The notes: a model not told the origin generated them from the letters alone. Positions 48,301 through 56,818 are shown, counted from the whole stretch's first letter. The stretch is DNA of 63,544 nucleotides, filler included, from Candidatus Woesearchaeota archaeon (GCA_964354405.1; 6 parts of 5 records of this genome joined end to end with filler, not necessarily neighbours in it), one strand, 5' to 3'. Numbers and translations are program-made.

Positions 48301-49038
48301 AACACTTTCACAAACTTGATAATAGCTGGCCAGACTGTTGATACTTACCAGACAAAGATTAGCTTTACTTATTCTGGAAATTTGAGCATTCGTGGCGTTT
48401 CAAGTCCGTCTGCTGATACTTCTGGATATAGGAACATAAGCAAATATGTCAATGCTACAAACATAACAGCAGGATGGTTGTTCTTGAATGTCAGCTATAA
48501 TGCCACTGATTTGGGCTATATAGTTGAAAATACACTTAGCATGTCAAAGCACAATGGCTCTTGGTACACAAATCCTGCTATGTTTGCAAATGCATACGGA
48601 GTTAATACTTCTTTGGATTATGTCCATGCTAACATCACAAATTTTGGAAGCATATTCGCGCCCATGGGGAGAGCAACAATCACGAATTGCACTAATGGTT
48701 GTTTGTATGTTAAAAATATCACAGATGCAAATAAAACCATATTTGACAAATTCGGCAACGTGGACTTGGCTGGCTTCTTGACACAGAACAGTGTAGGCTC
48801 TCCTGATGGAAGTGACTTGATTTTCAGGGATACTTCTGATGCAGATGTTGCGTGGGTGGATGATGCAACAGGCAACATGAGATTGAAAGGAGCGCTATCA
48901 CAAAATAATGGCGGTTACTGCTCGCCGCCTGCCAACAGTTTTATAATCAAGGACAACAGCAGTAATTGTGTCGCTTATATAGACTCAGATGGAAACTTGT
49001 GGCTTAAAGGAGCACTTGTCGAAAATGCTGCAATCTAG
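42307..49038 (+). CDS. Giant surface glycoprotein (Pro/Glu linkers, Ig/cadherin-like, DUF2341-like, parallel beta-helix repeats)
   Basis: YKRYIK..GKLYGPY.Y.SYR N-terminal motif plus TM; many N-x-T sequons; DF.DLRF...LDYW; NosD-like N.I.NN....N..GI repeats. Confidence 0.8.
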   Translation: MSYKRYIKIGGKLYGPYEYHSYRDGDGSVKSVYLKKTQEKNALSKKKNLYPKIVLAFFLVFALSLLFFYLSEKSMTGHTVLDLEKEKFFLNETIGGKVKLSFAEGEFYPADTIIKITFNGKTEEFTLQEFLALSEEQIEKQEQDFYIANALVQGYGEGYGFQGYQKIPVDVFFKLRISPLLVELPVLPENETNITLPEENITLPEENVTEQGENVTAPEENETTEPEENITEPEQPPIEEPTEPPVEPPVEPPVEPPVEPPVEEPPVEPPVEPPVEEPTEPEQPPAEQPPSEQPSEPSEPSEPSPSEPGTSEGGASEGGITGAAIGEFFEVDGVCSLDEPFIYVLENETAELVSDSVRTDNSSLNDSDVDVRVRQNEVEVSTDYADKVYGYGEDFLTGNTEIIDIALDIFNLTVAEEGTYVLSIVMEYNNITIAQAATEVEFINETHAPILIKKIPDITILKNKKETLHLDNYFIDPDGDNLSFSADEIENISITFEESIAEIVPDENFTGTRETKFYASDGENISESNLVEINVVEVINITNYTYYTIRIVNKDSEIYDEVSVNESSVSLELSKFEDGFGLIVLGGNEPEAPTLPIELPVEEPEQPEEPIEENETNITLPEENVTLPEENITVPGENVTAPEENETIIPEEPGENVTEPEENITVPQPPKEEEPIIEEPIIEGPAEENISEIELPLSGMAILGELGEKIYSSQINFSALANETVIQIDEPTESQVTQGIATEIFAIEPSDEITIENATITLTKLNNTNITKIVKCDEWNIEEFDCDGGWLETNISFEQDNETVKFNVTGFSAYAGATVMNLTNITITLISNTGQCLIDCEAIIDVYIPESYFLGKEKIKLNKLSKGASKLVEDKEAELEQDFLTGQAVGEEEGEEVAEENELKVDKDNFLDTNLIDLWFLETENAKKIDAFSVEKQVVVSKNGINISEWKPLLNEGLSAGHNILRVAARREATVGDNNLDWKISLNASELGSDYYKEPDWAWWNSSWAKRVPIKVYGVGDNNYTVRMNLSYDSDMQNDFDDLRFTDDDNTSALDYWIQEKSNSAWAIVWVEVKDTASLANQTIYMYYKNPSASAGSNISKAFLFGDDFNDNSISSSWMNNTGPMYEQGGIIFMNTSSGSGEAKIYINTTGGITGNFAVLAKMRPDSLTGDYRMGVSAKHDWNGVGAGYNTLVKYDNLSAVIFLDDGGETPPVWGNEAWPGFTFSTATWYWFEMSIVPSMMFGDDLEGRAWQVGSARPAWQITQTWSTRSGATAGVNPGYDGYSAWDDFVLRKYAITEPIVYIGGEEGGCVGATQVFFCGDTINESCTMNCNLSISGGTCFTIGASNVVIEGANYAITVEVIGGETGNGDYGILVNGYNNATVKNFKNISGFIEGIYLNNSNNSEINNVTSMTNTRGFRFSYSYNSKLLYSNGSDNSDCGIYLDSYSKSNNLSHNYFYKNDFGIEADINSGSLQIFNNTIINQSTRGIWLLGTNNTIRNNLVYNSSSDGIYAIGPSTIENNIANNNNRGLFLSESSNSNITNNTFSSNQDTGIFFSSSFNNTARYNIMANQAYGIYFSSSNGSLIWDSNMTTSTTQDIYSDTETNNNTFLNVSFNKSNVQIDGGTIYVQWYMDANVTYANGTAANQAYTTAYDKDNGLTFNVTTNSSGYITRQNVTEYMENSTGKNYYTDYSVNATKGTNKSETDLINLTTNYIFGSNGPVNLTINELGCVGATRTFICGETVTESCIMNCNLTAGNPCFDVGASNIVIDCANYYIQSGQIGIKINNQNNVTVKYCNINATGAIPDIDASIKTYNMSNSSIIHNTITYGNGWALYIDTGANNTVFNNTLSNKGLTGLRIDSSVSGDNITNNTINSNSYHGIYMLNSNNHTFVNNIVSSNTQQGMYLGSNNTVINNTVNNNGFKGITIASYNVVTDNTANNNGQDGLQISGSNNTITNNTASSNSNYGIHASSSSNNQFTNNTVYNNTLWDVYIDGAINNTFTNLIIAGQTVDTYQTKISFTYSGNLSIRGVSSPSADTSGYRNISKYVNATNITAGWLFLNVSYNATDLGYIVENTLSMSKHNGSWYTNPAMFANAYGVNTSLDYVHANITNFGSIFAPMGRATITNCTNGCLYVKNITDANKTIFDKFGNVDLAGFLTQNSVGSPDGSDLIFRDTSDADVAWVDDATGNMRLKGALSQNNGGYCSPPANSFIIKDNSSNCVAYIDSDGNLWLKGALVENAAI

Positions 49039-49106
49039 CTCTTAGCTGATTTTTCAAAAAACTTTTCCCTTTTTTCTGTCTTTTTAGTGTTATCTAAATT
49101 CTAATG

Positions 49107-49184
49107 TATGTATTTACAGCTATCCATAAAAGATTTAAAGAAGCGAAACAGCGAAACATTTATAAATAAGTATGTAAATACATA
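49107..49184. promoter_or_regulatory. Inverted-repeat operator pair around a TATA box
   Basis: TATGTATTTACA (49107-49118) and TGTAAATACATA (49173-49184), with TTTATAAA between them. Confidence 0.5.
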
Positions 49185-49187
49185 TAA

Positions 49188-49367
49188 ATGGTAAAAGAGG
49201 CAAGTCTGCAAAGCCATCGTATTTCTGGGAAGACCAAGGCGACAATTGTTGTATACAATGAGACCTGGAAAGAATTCAAGAAGCTTGCCATAGACAAGGA
49301 AATGAGAATTTCAGAGCTTCTTCAGGAGCTTGTCAAATCTTATTTGAAAAACGGGGGTAAAAAATGA
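49188..49367 (+). CDS. Ribbon-helix-helix (CopG-like) regulator, 59 aa
   Basis: KATIVVYNETWKEFKKLAIDKEMRISELLQELVKSYL; below the ORF-track cutoff. Confidence 0.75.
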   Translation: MVKEASLQSHRISGKTKATIVVYNETWKEFKKLAIDKEMRISELLQELVKSYLKNGGKK

Positions 49368-49702
49368 AAAGTAAAGGTTATACTATAATATTATTGCCCA
49401 TATCTTTAATAATATTGATTTCAGCCTTGGCATCGTTGGCATCGGCAGCAGACCCCGGGCATGGAGCATCTGTAATTGGCTCTGGAACTTTTGAATCAGG
49501 CAACTATACTTTTCCCGCATGGTTGAATGTAAACTATATTGCTATTCCAAACAACAGGGAAATGTTAATGATAAATGAGAAAGTTTATAAACTTGAAAAA
49601 TATATTTATATTAACATACACCCCGGCGATTCGAAAGATTTGCCGGATGATTACTTTTTATTTAATTCTTTTTTGGGAGGTGCATTATGGAAAAAACTTT
49701 AG
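49364..49702 (+). pseudogene. Truncated copy of the 50292 surface protein N-terminus
   Basis: Signal peptide plus ADPGHGASVIGSGTFESGNYTFP.WLNV, then reads through the promoter and UTR of the NYN gene. Confidence 0.6.
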
Positions 49703-50295
49703 TTTTTATTGATGGAGGATTTCTTTCAAAATTAAGTAAATATTTTGGCGGCGGGACTTATTTAAGTTATGATATAATAACTTTTTCTAAAAACTTGGCT
49801 AGAAAACAGAATCTCGAATGTAAAAATATTTATTATTATAATGCTTCACCATTTAGAAGTAATATACCTACTAAAGAAGAAACTGAAAAATATGAAAAAT
49901 ATCAGAGATTCAAGAATAATTTATTAAGAAATAATATTATTATAATTAGAGAGGGAAGATGTCAAAGATTGAAAGTTGATGGAAAATTTATTTATGGGCA
50001 GAAAGGCGTAGATGCTTTGGCGATTATAGATTTAATGTCTGTTCCTTTAGAACATAAAGAGATAAAAAACGTTATATTGATAGCTAATGATAGCGATTTT
50101 GTTCCTGCTATTGAGAAAATTAAACAATTGAATATAATGGTAATTCTTTATACATATTATTCCAAAAAGAGAGAAAGCTCTTTTTCAAGAAGTAACGAAT
50201 TATTGCAGACTGTTTCAAAATACGTTAAACTAACAAAACAGGATTTTGATAATGCTCTATTGAATGTTACAAAAGAGGAGGCGTTATCAAAATGA
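49687..50295 (+). CDS. NYN domain (LabA/DUF88, PIN-like) ribonuclease
   Basis: VFIDGG, YYY.A, QKGVD, DSDFVPA and S.EL motifs. Confidence 0.88.
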   Translation: MEKTLVFIDGGFLSKLSKYFGGGTYLSYDIITFSKNLARKQNLECKNIYYYNASPFRSNIPTKEETEKYEKYQRFKNNLLRNNIIIIREGRCQRLKVDGKFIYGQKGVDALAIIDLMSVPLEHKEIKNVILIANDSDFVPAIEKIKQLNIMVILYTYYSKKRESSFSRSNELLQTVSKYVKLTKQDFDNALLNVTKEEALSK

Positions 50296-51301
50296 AATTT
50301 AATTATAAATCGATTAATTTGTCAATATTTGTATTACTCTTCTTTGCTTTAGCAATATTCATGACTGCTTTAGCGAGCGCAGCAGACCCCGGGCATGGAG
50401 CATCTGTAATTGGCTCCGGGACTTTTGAATCAGGCAACTATACTTTTCCCGAATGGTTAAATGTCACAGGAGTTACAATAGTTTCGCAAGGGATAACTGC
50501 TGGAAAGGGATTATTAATTGGAAATACAGGCGGGGGATTGTATGCTAATAGAATAATGGGTGATGGTTCTCACCTTTATATTGGCTTAAATGGCGACGGA
50601 ACTGGAACTAATGGATTATGGATTTTAACACATGGAGGCACAGGCAAATTTTTCTTTAGAGAAGATGGAAAAGTGACTATCGGTTCAAATTCCCAACCAG
50701 CTTACACTTTAGATGTTCAGGGAACGGGAGCTTTTTTAAACAATTTAACAGTCGACACAAATGTCTTTCATGTTGATACAGTAAATAACACAGTCGGCAT
50801 CGGAACGGTAACACCTATGACTTATGGGGCGAAGTTAGCTGTTGTCGGCGCAGGGGTTGGCAGGGGAATTGTAGCAACAAGCGATATTGAATCTTATACA
50901 AAAATATTTGCCCCCCAATTAACTATTGACAGCATACCTTCCACCTATGGTGGGGGTAATTTAACTATCACACCAATTACATCTTTCAGCAACAACGTCG
51001 GCATAGGGACGACGAGTCCGGGGGCTACATTGCATGTTCAGGGAACGGGAATAGTCTCAACAAGCTTAAGAACGAACTCTCTACAAGATTATGGTGGCAA
51101 CCTCACAATTACAACTGTAGGAAGTGGTAGAGATATTGCATTTAGCCCTGCAAATGTTCAGCAAATGAGGTTAGAAGCATCAGGTGGTCTTGCTCTCGGT
51201 TCTGGTTATGTGGGAACTGATCCTGGTGCTGGGAATATGATAATCAGCGGCAACGTCGGCATCGGGACGACGAGTCCGGGTGGAAGACTGGACACTGTTG
51301 G
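50292..51301 (+). CDS. Secreted fibre-like protein with GNVGIGTTSP repeats (3' truncated)
   Basis: Signal peptide and repeated VGIGT..P...L.V.G units. Confidence 0.75.
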
Positions 51302-51401
51302 NNNNNNNNNNNNNNNNNNNNNNNNNNNNNNNNNNNNNNNNNNNNTTAATTAATTAANNNNNNNNNNNNNNNNNNNNNNNNNNNNNNNNNNNNNNNNNNN
51401 N
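51302..51401. other. Artificial contig linker
   Basis: N44-TTAATTAATTAA-N44. Confidence 0.99.
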
Positions 51402-51650
51402 CACAAAGATTATGTTTCAGATGGCTCAGGAAGTGTCGTTGCTTATGGTGTCTTGGAAGATGCTTATAAGGAGAACATGTCTGTGGAGGATGCTGTCAAG
51501 ATTGGGGTGAGAGCTGTGAGCGCTGCGATGCAGAGAGACACTGCGAGCGGTTCTGGAATTGATGTTGTTGTTATTGACAAGAAAGGCGCGCGAAAGTTCA
51601 TGGAAGAGGAAGTCAAGAGTGTTTTAGTCAATGTTTCAGTTAAGAAATAA
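51402..51650 (+). CDS. psmB: Proteasome beta subunit, C-terminal fragment
   Basis: GSGS..AYGVLE...RDTASGSGIDV; conserved neighbour of aCPSF1. Confidence 0.9.
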   Translation, partial: HKDYVSDGSGSVVAYGVLEDAYKENMSVEDAVKIGVRAVSAAMQRDTASGSGIDVVVIDKKGARKFMEEEVKSVLVNVSVKK

Positions 51651-51725
51651 GTAAGTAGTCGGATAGAAAGACAAGCCCAAGAATCTAAAAATCAAGTTTT
51701 ATATTTTAATTTACTAATTTTAAAA

Positions 51726-53618
51726 ATGCCAGATATTTTGAAAACAATTTTAGATGAATTGCCTGCGAAAGTCATTGATTCGGCTAATTTTGAAGGCGCA
51801 AACATAGTTGTCTATACAAAGGATGACGAGTTCTTTTTGGAAGGCGAGGAAAAGATTATCGCTGTTGTGAACAAAATTAAGAAAAGGATTGAGTTGAGAG
51901 CGAGCAAAGAACTTTTGATGGACAAGGATAAGACAGAGAAATTTATCCAGGGACTTGTGCCCCAAGAAGCAGAGATACAGAACATTCTGTTTGATGAGAA
52001 CAGAAGCATTGTTGTTCTCGAGGTCAAGAAGCCAGGAATTGCGATAGGAAAAGGCGGCGAGCTGTTGAGACAGATTAAAGAAAAAACTTTCTGGATTCCG
52101 CAAGTCTCGAGAAGCCCAGCTATTCAGTCAAAAATCACAGAAGCGATAAGACACACATTGTTTGTCAAGGAAGATTACAGGAAAAAGTTCCTTAACTCAA
52201 TCGGAAAAAAGATATACAAAGAATGGAATCCTGAGAAAAAAGAGGAATGGGTTCGGGTTACTTTCTTGGGAGCTGCTCGACAAGTTGGAAGAAGCTGCAT
52301 TCTGCTTCAGACTCCTGAATCCAAGATACTTTTGGATTGTGGCTTGGATATTGCTGCGCACAACTCGGAGAAGTTTCCTTATTTCAATGTTCCTGAGTTT
52401 GACTTGAAGCAACTCGATGCTGTGATTATATCTCATGCACATTTGGATCATTCTGGATTATTGCCTTATCTTTACAAGATTGGCTACAGAGGGCCATGTT
52501 ACATGACTGCACCCACAAGAGATATTGCTGCTTTGCTAGCCTTGGATTTTATTGGAGTGAGCTACAAACAAGCTGTGACCCCATTGTACAGAGTTGCTGA
52601 TATCAAGACAATGGTCAAGCATAGTATCGAATTGAACTATAATGAAGTCACTGACATAACCCCTGATGTTCGATTGACTTTCTACAATGCAGGGCATGCT
52701 TTGGGAAGTGCTATGATTCATCTTAACATTGGAAATGGATTGCACAACTTGATGTATACATCTGATTTCAAATTCGCTAGAACAAGAGTGCTGGACTTGC
52801 CTGTTTTCAAGTTTCCTAGGTTAGAATCATTGATTATTGAGAGCACTTATGGCGGCAAGAACAATATTCTTCCTCCTAGAAAAGATGCTGAGAATGTTTT
52901 CATTGAGGCGATAAAGAAAGCTATTGAAAGAAAAGGAAAAGTTCTGGTGCCTGTGCTAGGAGTTGGGCGAGCCCAGGAAATTATGATGGTTGTAGATGCT
53001 GCTGTTAAAGAGGGAATGTTGCCTGATGTTCCAATATATCTTGATGGAATGCTTTGGGATGTTACTGCAATTCACACTGCTTATCCCGAGTTCCTCTCGA
53101 GCAATTTGAGAACGCAGATTTTCCAGGACAAGAATCCTTTTATCTCGGACATATTTAAGAGGGTTGGCTCTGCGCAGGAAAGAAAAGAAGTTGTTGAGGG
53201 CGGGCCTTGTCTCATACTCGCCACAAGTGGAATGCTTACAGGAGGAGCATCAGTAGAATATTTCAGGGAACTCGCGGACAACAAGAGAAATGCTATAATT
53301 TTTGTAAGCTATCAAGGACATGGTTCTCTTGGAAAACAAGTTCAGGAAGGTTTGTCAGAAGTCACATTGACTACAAGTGAGGGCAAGGAAGAAAAAACTA
53401 AAGTTGAAATGGAAGTTGTCACAATTGATGGCATGAGCGGGCATGCTGGCAGGAACGAACTTTTGAATTTTGTGAACAATTTGAGCCCGATGCCGCGGAG
53501 AATCATTGTACAGCATGGCGAGCAGTCAAGATGTTTGGATTTAGCCTCGACACTTTACAAGCTTCACAAAGTCGAGACAAATGTTCCGAGAAATATCGAG
53601 ACATTGAGATTGAGATAA
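51726..53618 (+). CDS. fttA: Beta-CASP ribonuclease aCPSF1 (FttA)
   Basis: N-terminal KH domains (IGKGG); SHAHLDH, AGHALGS and SGHA motifs. Confidence 0.93.
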   Translation: MPDILKTILDELPAKVIDSANFEGANIVVYTKDDEFFLEGEEKIIAVVNKIKKRIELRASKELLMDKDKTEKFIQGLVPQEAEIQNILFDENRSIVVLEVKKPGIAIGKGGELLRQIKEKTFWIPQVSRSPAIQSKITEAIRHTLFVKEDYRKKFLNSIGKKIYKEWNPEKKEEWVRVTFLGAARQVGRSCILLQTPESKILLDCGLDIAAHNSEKFPYFNVPEFDLKQLDAVIISHAHLDHSGLLPYLYKIGYRGPCYMTAPTRDIAALLALDFIGVSYKQAVTPLYRVADIKTMVKHSIELNYNEVTDITPDVRLTFYNAGHALGSAMIHLNIGNGLHNLMYTSDFKFARTRVLDLPVFKFPRLESLIIESTYGGKNNILPPRKDAENVFIEAIKKAIERKGKVLVPVLGVGRAQEIMMVVDAAVKEGMLPDVPIYLDGMLWDVTAIHTAYPEFLSSNLRTQIFQDKNPFISDIFKRVGSAQERKEVVEGGPCLILATSGMLTGGASVEYFRELADNKRNAIIFVSYQGHGSLGKQVQEGLSEVTLTTSEGKEEKTKVEMEVVTIDGMSGHAGRNELLNFVNNLSPMPRRIIVQHGEQSRCLDLASTLYKLHKVETNVPRNIETLRLR

Positions 53619-53621
53619 ATT

Positions 53622-54560
53622 TCACAAACACTTCTTATTATATCTTTTCCAGAAATTGATTATTCTGTTCTGATAACCCACTGTTTCTCTGATATATGGA
53701 ATACCATTGATTTTTGATACTGGACCAGGGCCGCAATTATAAGCTGAAACCCCCATCCTCACATCGCCTTTGAATTTTTGAAACCCCAAGGCATAATAAT
53801 TTACTCCTGCTGGAACAGCTTTTTCAAGGATGAATCGCTCATCTATTCTTGCTATTAGACTGTCGGGCTTGTTTCTTATTTGATTTAACAAATCTTTTTT
53901 GTAATATGTGAACAAGCTATCTGCTTTCTCTCGCTTTTTTTCATAGTTAAGAAGATATTTCTTGGCAAGTTCAAATTCTTTGTTTGTAAAAAGAGATATT
54001 GCTTTTCTGTACAAACTGTTGGCTTCTCCATCTAAGTTTTCTGCTTGTTTGAGATAATCAGGATAATAAACTTTCAAGTTATAGCCTTGTGCTGTCTTGG
54101 GCATTAATTGCGATGCTCCTCCCGCCCCACACCTCGATATTGCAAATTTCTCAAACCCTGATTCAGCTTCTATTTTTCCTAGAACAAGCACAGCATCAAG
54201 AGGAAAAATATTTTTGTTGTCTTTGATTGCTTGCTGAATTATTGGAATGTAATCTTTTGCTTTTGGATAGTCTCTAACAATTACATCAAGATGCTTGTAC
54301 TCTGGAGCTTCTTTGAATATGAAAAACTCAAGGCCGAGGGTCTCGGGTTCGATTGGCTTGAACCATTTATTAAACAAAGAATCAGCCAGAGAATCTAAAG
54401 AGGTGCGGGATTGCTCGATTTTTCTTGGTTCTGAAAACTGTGCTGGTTGTGTTGCTCTGATAACTCCAAAAGTTGCCCCGCCAATCAAAGTTATAAACAA
54501 AAATTTTCTCCAATGATTTCTTAAATAATCTGTGATACTCATCGCGAAATCGTCTTTCAT
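53622..54560 (-). CDS. Lytic transglycosylase (SLT domain) with N-terminal membrane anchor
   Basis: AESGF..FAIS..GAGG.SQLMP.TA, AYN.GPG and ET..Y motifs. Confidence 0.88.
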   Translation of the reverse strand: MKDDFAMSITDYLRNHWRKFLFITLIGGATFGVIRATQPAQFSEPRKIEQSRTSLDSLADSLFNKWFKPIEPETLGLEFFIFKEAPEYKHLDVIVRDYPKAKDYIPIIQQAIKDNKNIFPLDAVLVLGKIEAESGFEKFAISRCGAGGASQLMPKTAQGYNLKVYYPDYLKQAENLDGEANSLYRKAISLFTNKEFELAKKYLLNYEKKREKADSLFTYYKKDLLNQIRNKPDSLIARIDERFILEKAVPAGVNYYALGFQKFKGDVRMGVSAYNCGPGPVSKINGIPYIRETVGYQNRIINFWKRYNKKCL

Positions 54561-54662
54561 ATTTGAGAATGGGAAATTCCGTATAAATATCTTTCGTCAT
54601 TACGTAATAACAATACAAAGAAAAGTTTATAAATCTCGAACCCTAAAATATATCCTGCTAAA

Positions 54663-55151
54663 ATGAAAGGATTAATGATTATAATCATGATTTTGACTGT
54701 GATTCTATTAGGAATAGTCTCTTTTTTGTGGATTGATTCTGAGGTCGAGAATCCTTTCACAACTTTCAGCACTTTTGGGAATTCGCTTACTGAAAAATCT
54801 TCTCCGGCAAACTGGATTAAGGAGAATCAGATTCTGATTTATGATGACAGAATTGTGATACTTGTTGCTAACGCGACACTTAGCAGATACTCTGACACGA
54901 ACAGCATGGATCCAAATATTGATTTTAATGCAAACGGGATTGAAATTAAGCCGGGCTCACCTTCACAAATCCATGTAGGTGACATTATATCTTTTGAACA
55001 GGGCGGCGAGTTGATTGTTCATCGAGTCATTAAGATTGGAATGGATGAGCAAGGATGGTTTTGCGTGACTAAAGGAGATAACGCGTTGCAGGACGATGGA
55101 AAAATTCGCTTTACACAAATAAATTCAATAACAATCGCGATAATATATTAA
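54663..55151 (+). CDS. Signal peptidase I (S26, Sec11-like)
   Basis: TNSMDP, VGDII, IVHRV and TKGDN motifs. Confidence 0.8.
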   Translation: MKGLMIIIMILTVILLGIVSFLWIDSEVENPFTTFSTFGNSLTEKSSPANWIKENQILIYDDRIVILVANATLSRYSDTNSMDPNIDFNANGIEIKPGSPSQIHVGDIISFEQGGELIVHRVIKIGMDEQGWFCVTKGDNALQDDGKIRFTQINSITIAIIY

Positions 55152-55165
55152 GTCTAAAATTCAAA

Positions 55166-55513
55166 ATGAAAAACCAAGACGATTCAAAATATATTGAATT
55201 TGATTTAAGTTTAAAGGACGTGGGTGTAGGGGGTTGTTTACATATTAAATATCCTGTGCAAAGAGGAATTGTTGATTCTTACGCTTCAGAAGAAGGCCAA
55301 AAGATTAAAATGCAATTAGAAAACATCGCTAAAATGTGTATAACCCCCTCTATAATAGATTTTTTAAATGTTATACTCTTTGTTTGCGAAGGAGACTTGG
55401 CGAATCAAGAAAAAACTAATGGCGGTATTGAAGAAATAAGGAAATATTGCCAAGAATTAAGAGAAGGGGCTATGGATTTAACGAGTAAGTTAATGATTGA
55501 ATATAAAAAATAG
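55166..55513 (+). CDS. Hypothetical protein
   Basis: 115-aa ORF. Confidence 0.55.
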   Translation: MKNQDDSKYIEFDLSLKDVGVGGCLHIKYPVQRGIVDSYASEEGQKIKMQLENIAKMCITPSIIDFLNVILFVCEGDLANQEKTNGGIEEIRKYCQELREGAMDLTSKLMIEYKK

Positions 55514-55754
55514 GAGAAAACAAAGAAAAAATGGAAGAGATAAAAAGTTTAATTCAAAAAGTGCAATTGTCTTATCAGATAATCAAATTAGGCAAGGGTG
55601 AGATGGGCTTTTGGAAAGAAAATTTAATGAGTTAACCGATGAAGAGAGAGCTAGAATTATAGGAATTGCTGAAGAAATTTATCTGAATGGATTGCCAAGA
55701 GATGTTAGGGATGGCAGATGATTCTATTCTTTGGTGTATGGGGCTGTTGAATTC

Positions 55755-56768
55755 CTACAGGAGAATTATGAGGAGCAAGCTAAGCAGGCAGCCACCTGTT
55801 AAAAAAGGCATTGCAGGATAGTATTTTCCTTTTTCTGAGAACGCGAACAAAAGCAATAATGCTAAAGTTGAACAGAGAACGGTGATTATCGCTGGAATCA
55901 AGCCATAGGCTAAAAGGATTGTGCCTGCAAAGATTAATGGGAAGGCAACATCGCCGCCTCCGAGCGCGGCAATCTGTACAGGGACTTTTATTTTTCTTAA
56001 TTTAAGTTTCTTGCCTTTAGCTCTCTCGCGTTTTGCTATGGCTCTTAATTTCTCAACTCTGGCTCTGTCTTTTGGCTTTAGATATGGCAGGAAAAATCCT
56101 GTGAATATCTTTAAATGTTCAATTTGAAATTTTGCGAGCTTGATCATATATTTTGTTTTCCACACAGCAACTATATCATAAATTGAAATTCCTATCAGCA
56201 GAATCGCGGCGGCTAACACATTCAACAATGGAAGGAAGACTATCGCGAGGCCGGGATAGATAAAAAGTTCTGTGATGTTGTGAACAATTACATTTCTTTT
56301 GATTATCTTATAGAAAGTCAGTATAATCGCGGAAGGAACTGCGATTATCTCTGCTAGCGAGATGCTCTTGCCGAAAAACATAAAGAGTTTTGTGCCTAGA
56401 ATAGAATAAAGCAATAACGCGATAGCAATGCTTAAACAGATGAACACAACAAAGGCAAACCACGCCTTGATTACTAAAACAACCCTGATTTTAGAGAGAA
56501 GGAAGAAAATAAATGTGGCAATGACTATCCCAATCCCAATTGAAACTAACACACTGACAATATCCACTGTTCTTTTCAACTCAATTGGCGGCGGAACTGT
56601 TTCATTAACAAGAGAGACTTGTGGCTGGACTAAGGTGCCTTGCTGAACTTTCTGCTGAGCTGTCTTGCCAAAATAAGAGTCGTAAGAATTGATGACCAAG
56701 ATTCCTATAAATTGCGAGACCAAGAACATTGCCAAAATAACAAAAGTAATCTTAAGACTGTATTTCAT
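55755..56768 (-). CDS. Presenilin/signal-peptide-peptidase family intramembrane aspartyl protease
   Basis: YD, LGGGD and PAMP motifs in a multi-TM protein. Confidence 0.88.
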   Translation of the reverse strand: MKYSLKITFVILAMFLVSQFIGILVINSYDSYFGKTAQQKVQQGTLVQPQVSLVNETVPPPIELKRTVDIVSVLVSIGIGIVIATFIFFLLSKIRVVLVIKAWFAFVVFICLSIAIALLLYSILGTKLFMFFGKSISLAEIIAVPSAIILTFYKIIKRNVIVHNITELFIYPGLAIVFLPLLNVLAAAILLIGISIYDIVAVWKTKYMIKLAKFQIEHLKIFTGFFLPYLKPKDRARVEKLRAIAKRERAKGKKLKLRKIKVPVQIAALGGGDVAFPLIFAGTILLAYGLIPAIITVLCSTLALLLLFAFSEKGKYYPAMPFLTGGCLLSLLLIILL

Positions 56769-56818
56769 AAAAGAACTATAAGAAAAAGCTTTATAAAATC
56801 TTTTATCTTCTGCTTTAC

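Noticed and set aside
49364..51301. Diversity-generating retroelement (TR/VR pair)
   Set aside because: No reverse transcriptase in the window, the repeat is N-terminal, and the few differences are not confined to adenines.
55514..55760. Protein-like frame interrupted by two TGA codons (possible stop recoding)
   Set aside because: TGA ends well-conserved genes in these archaeal contigs and all long ORFs are intact in the standard code. More likely a decayed fragment.
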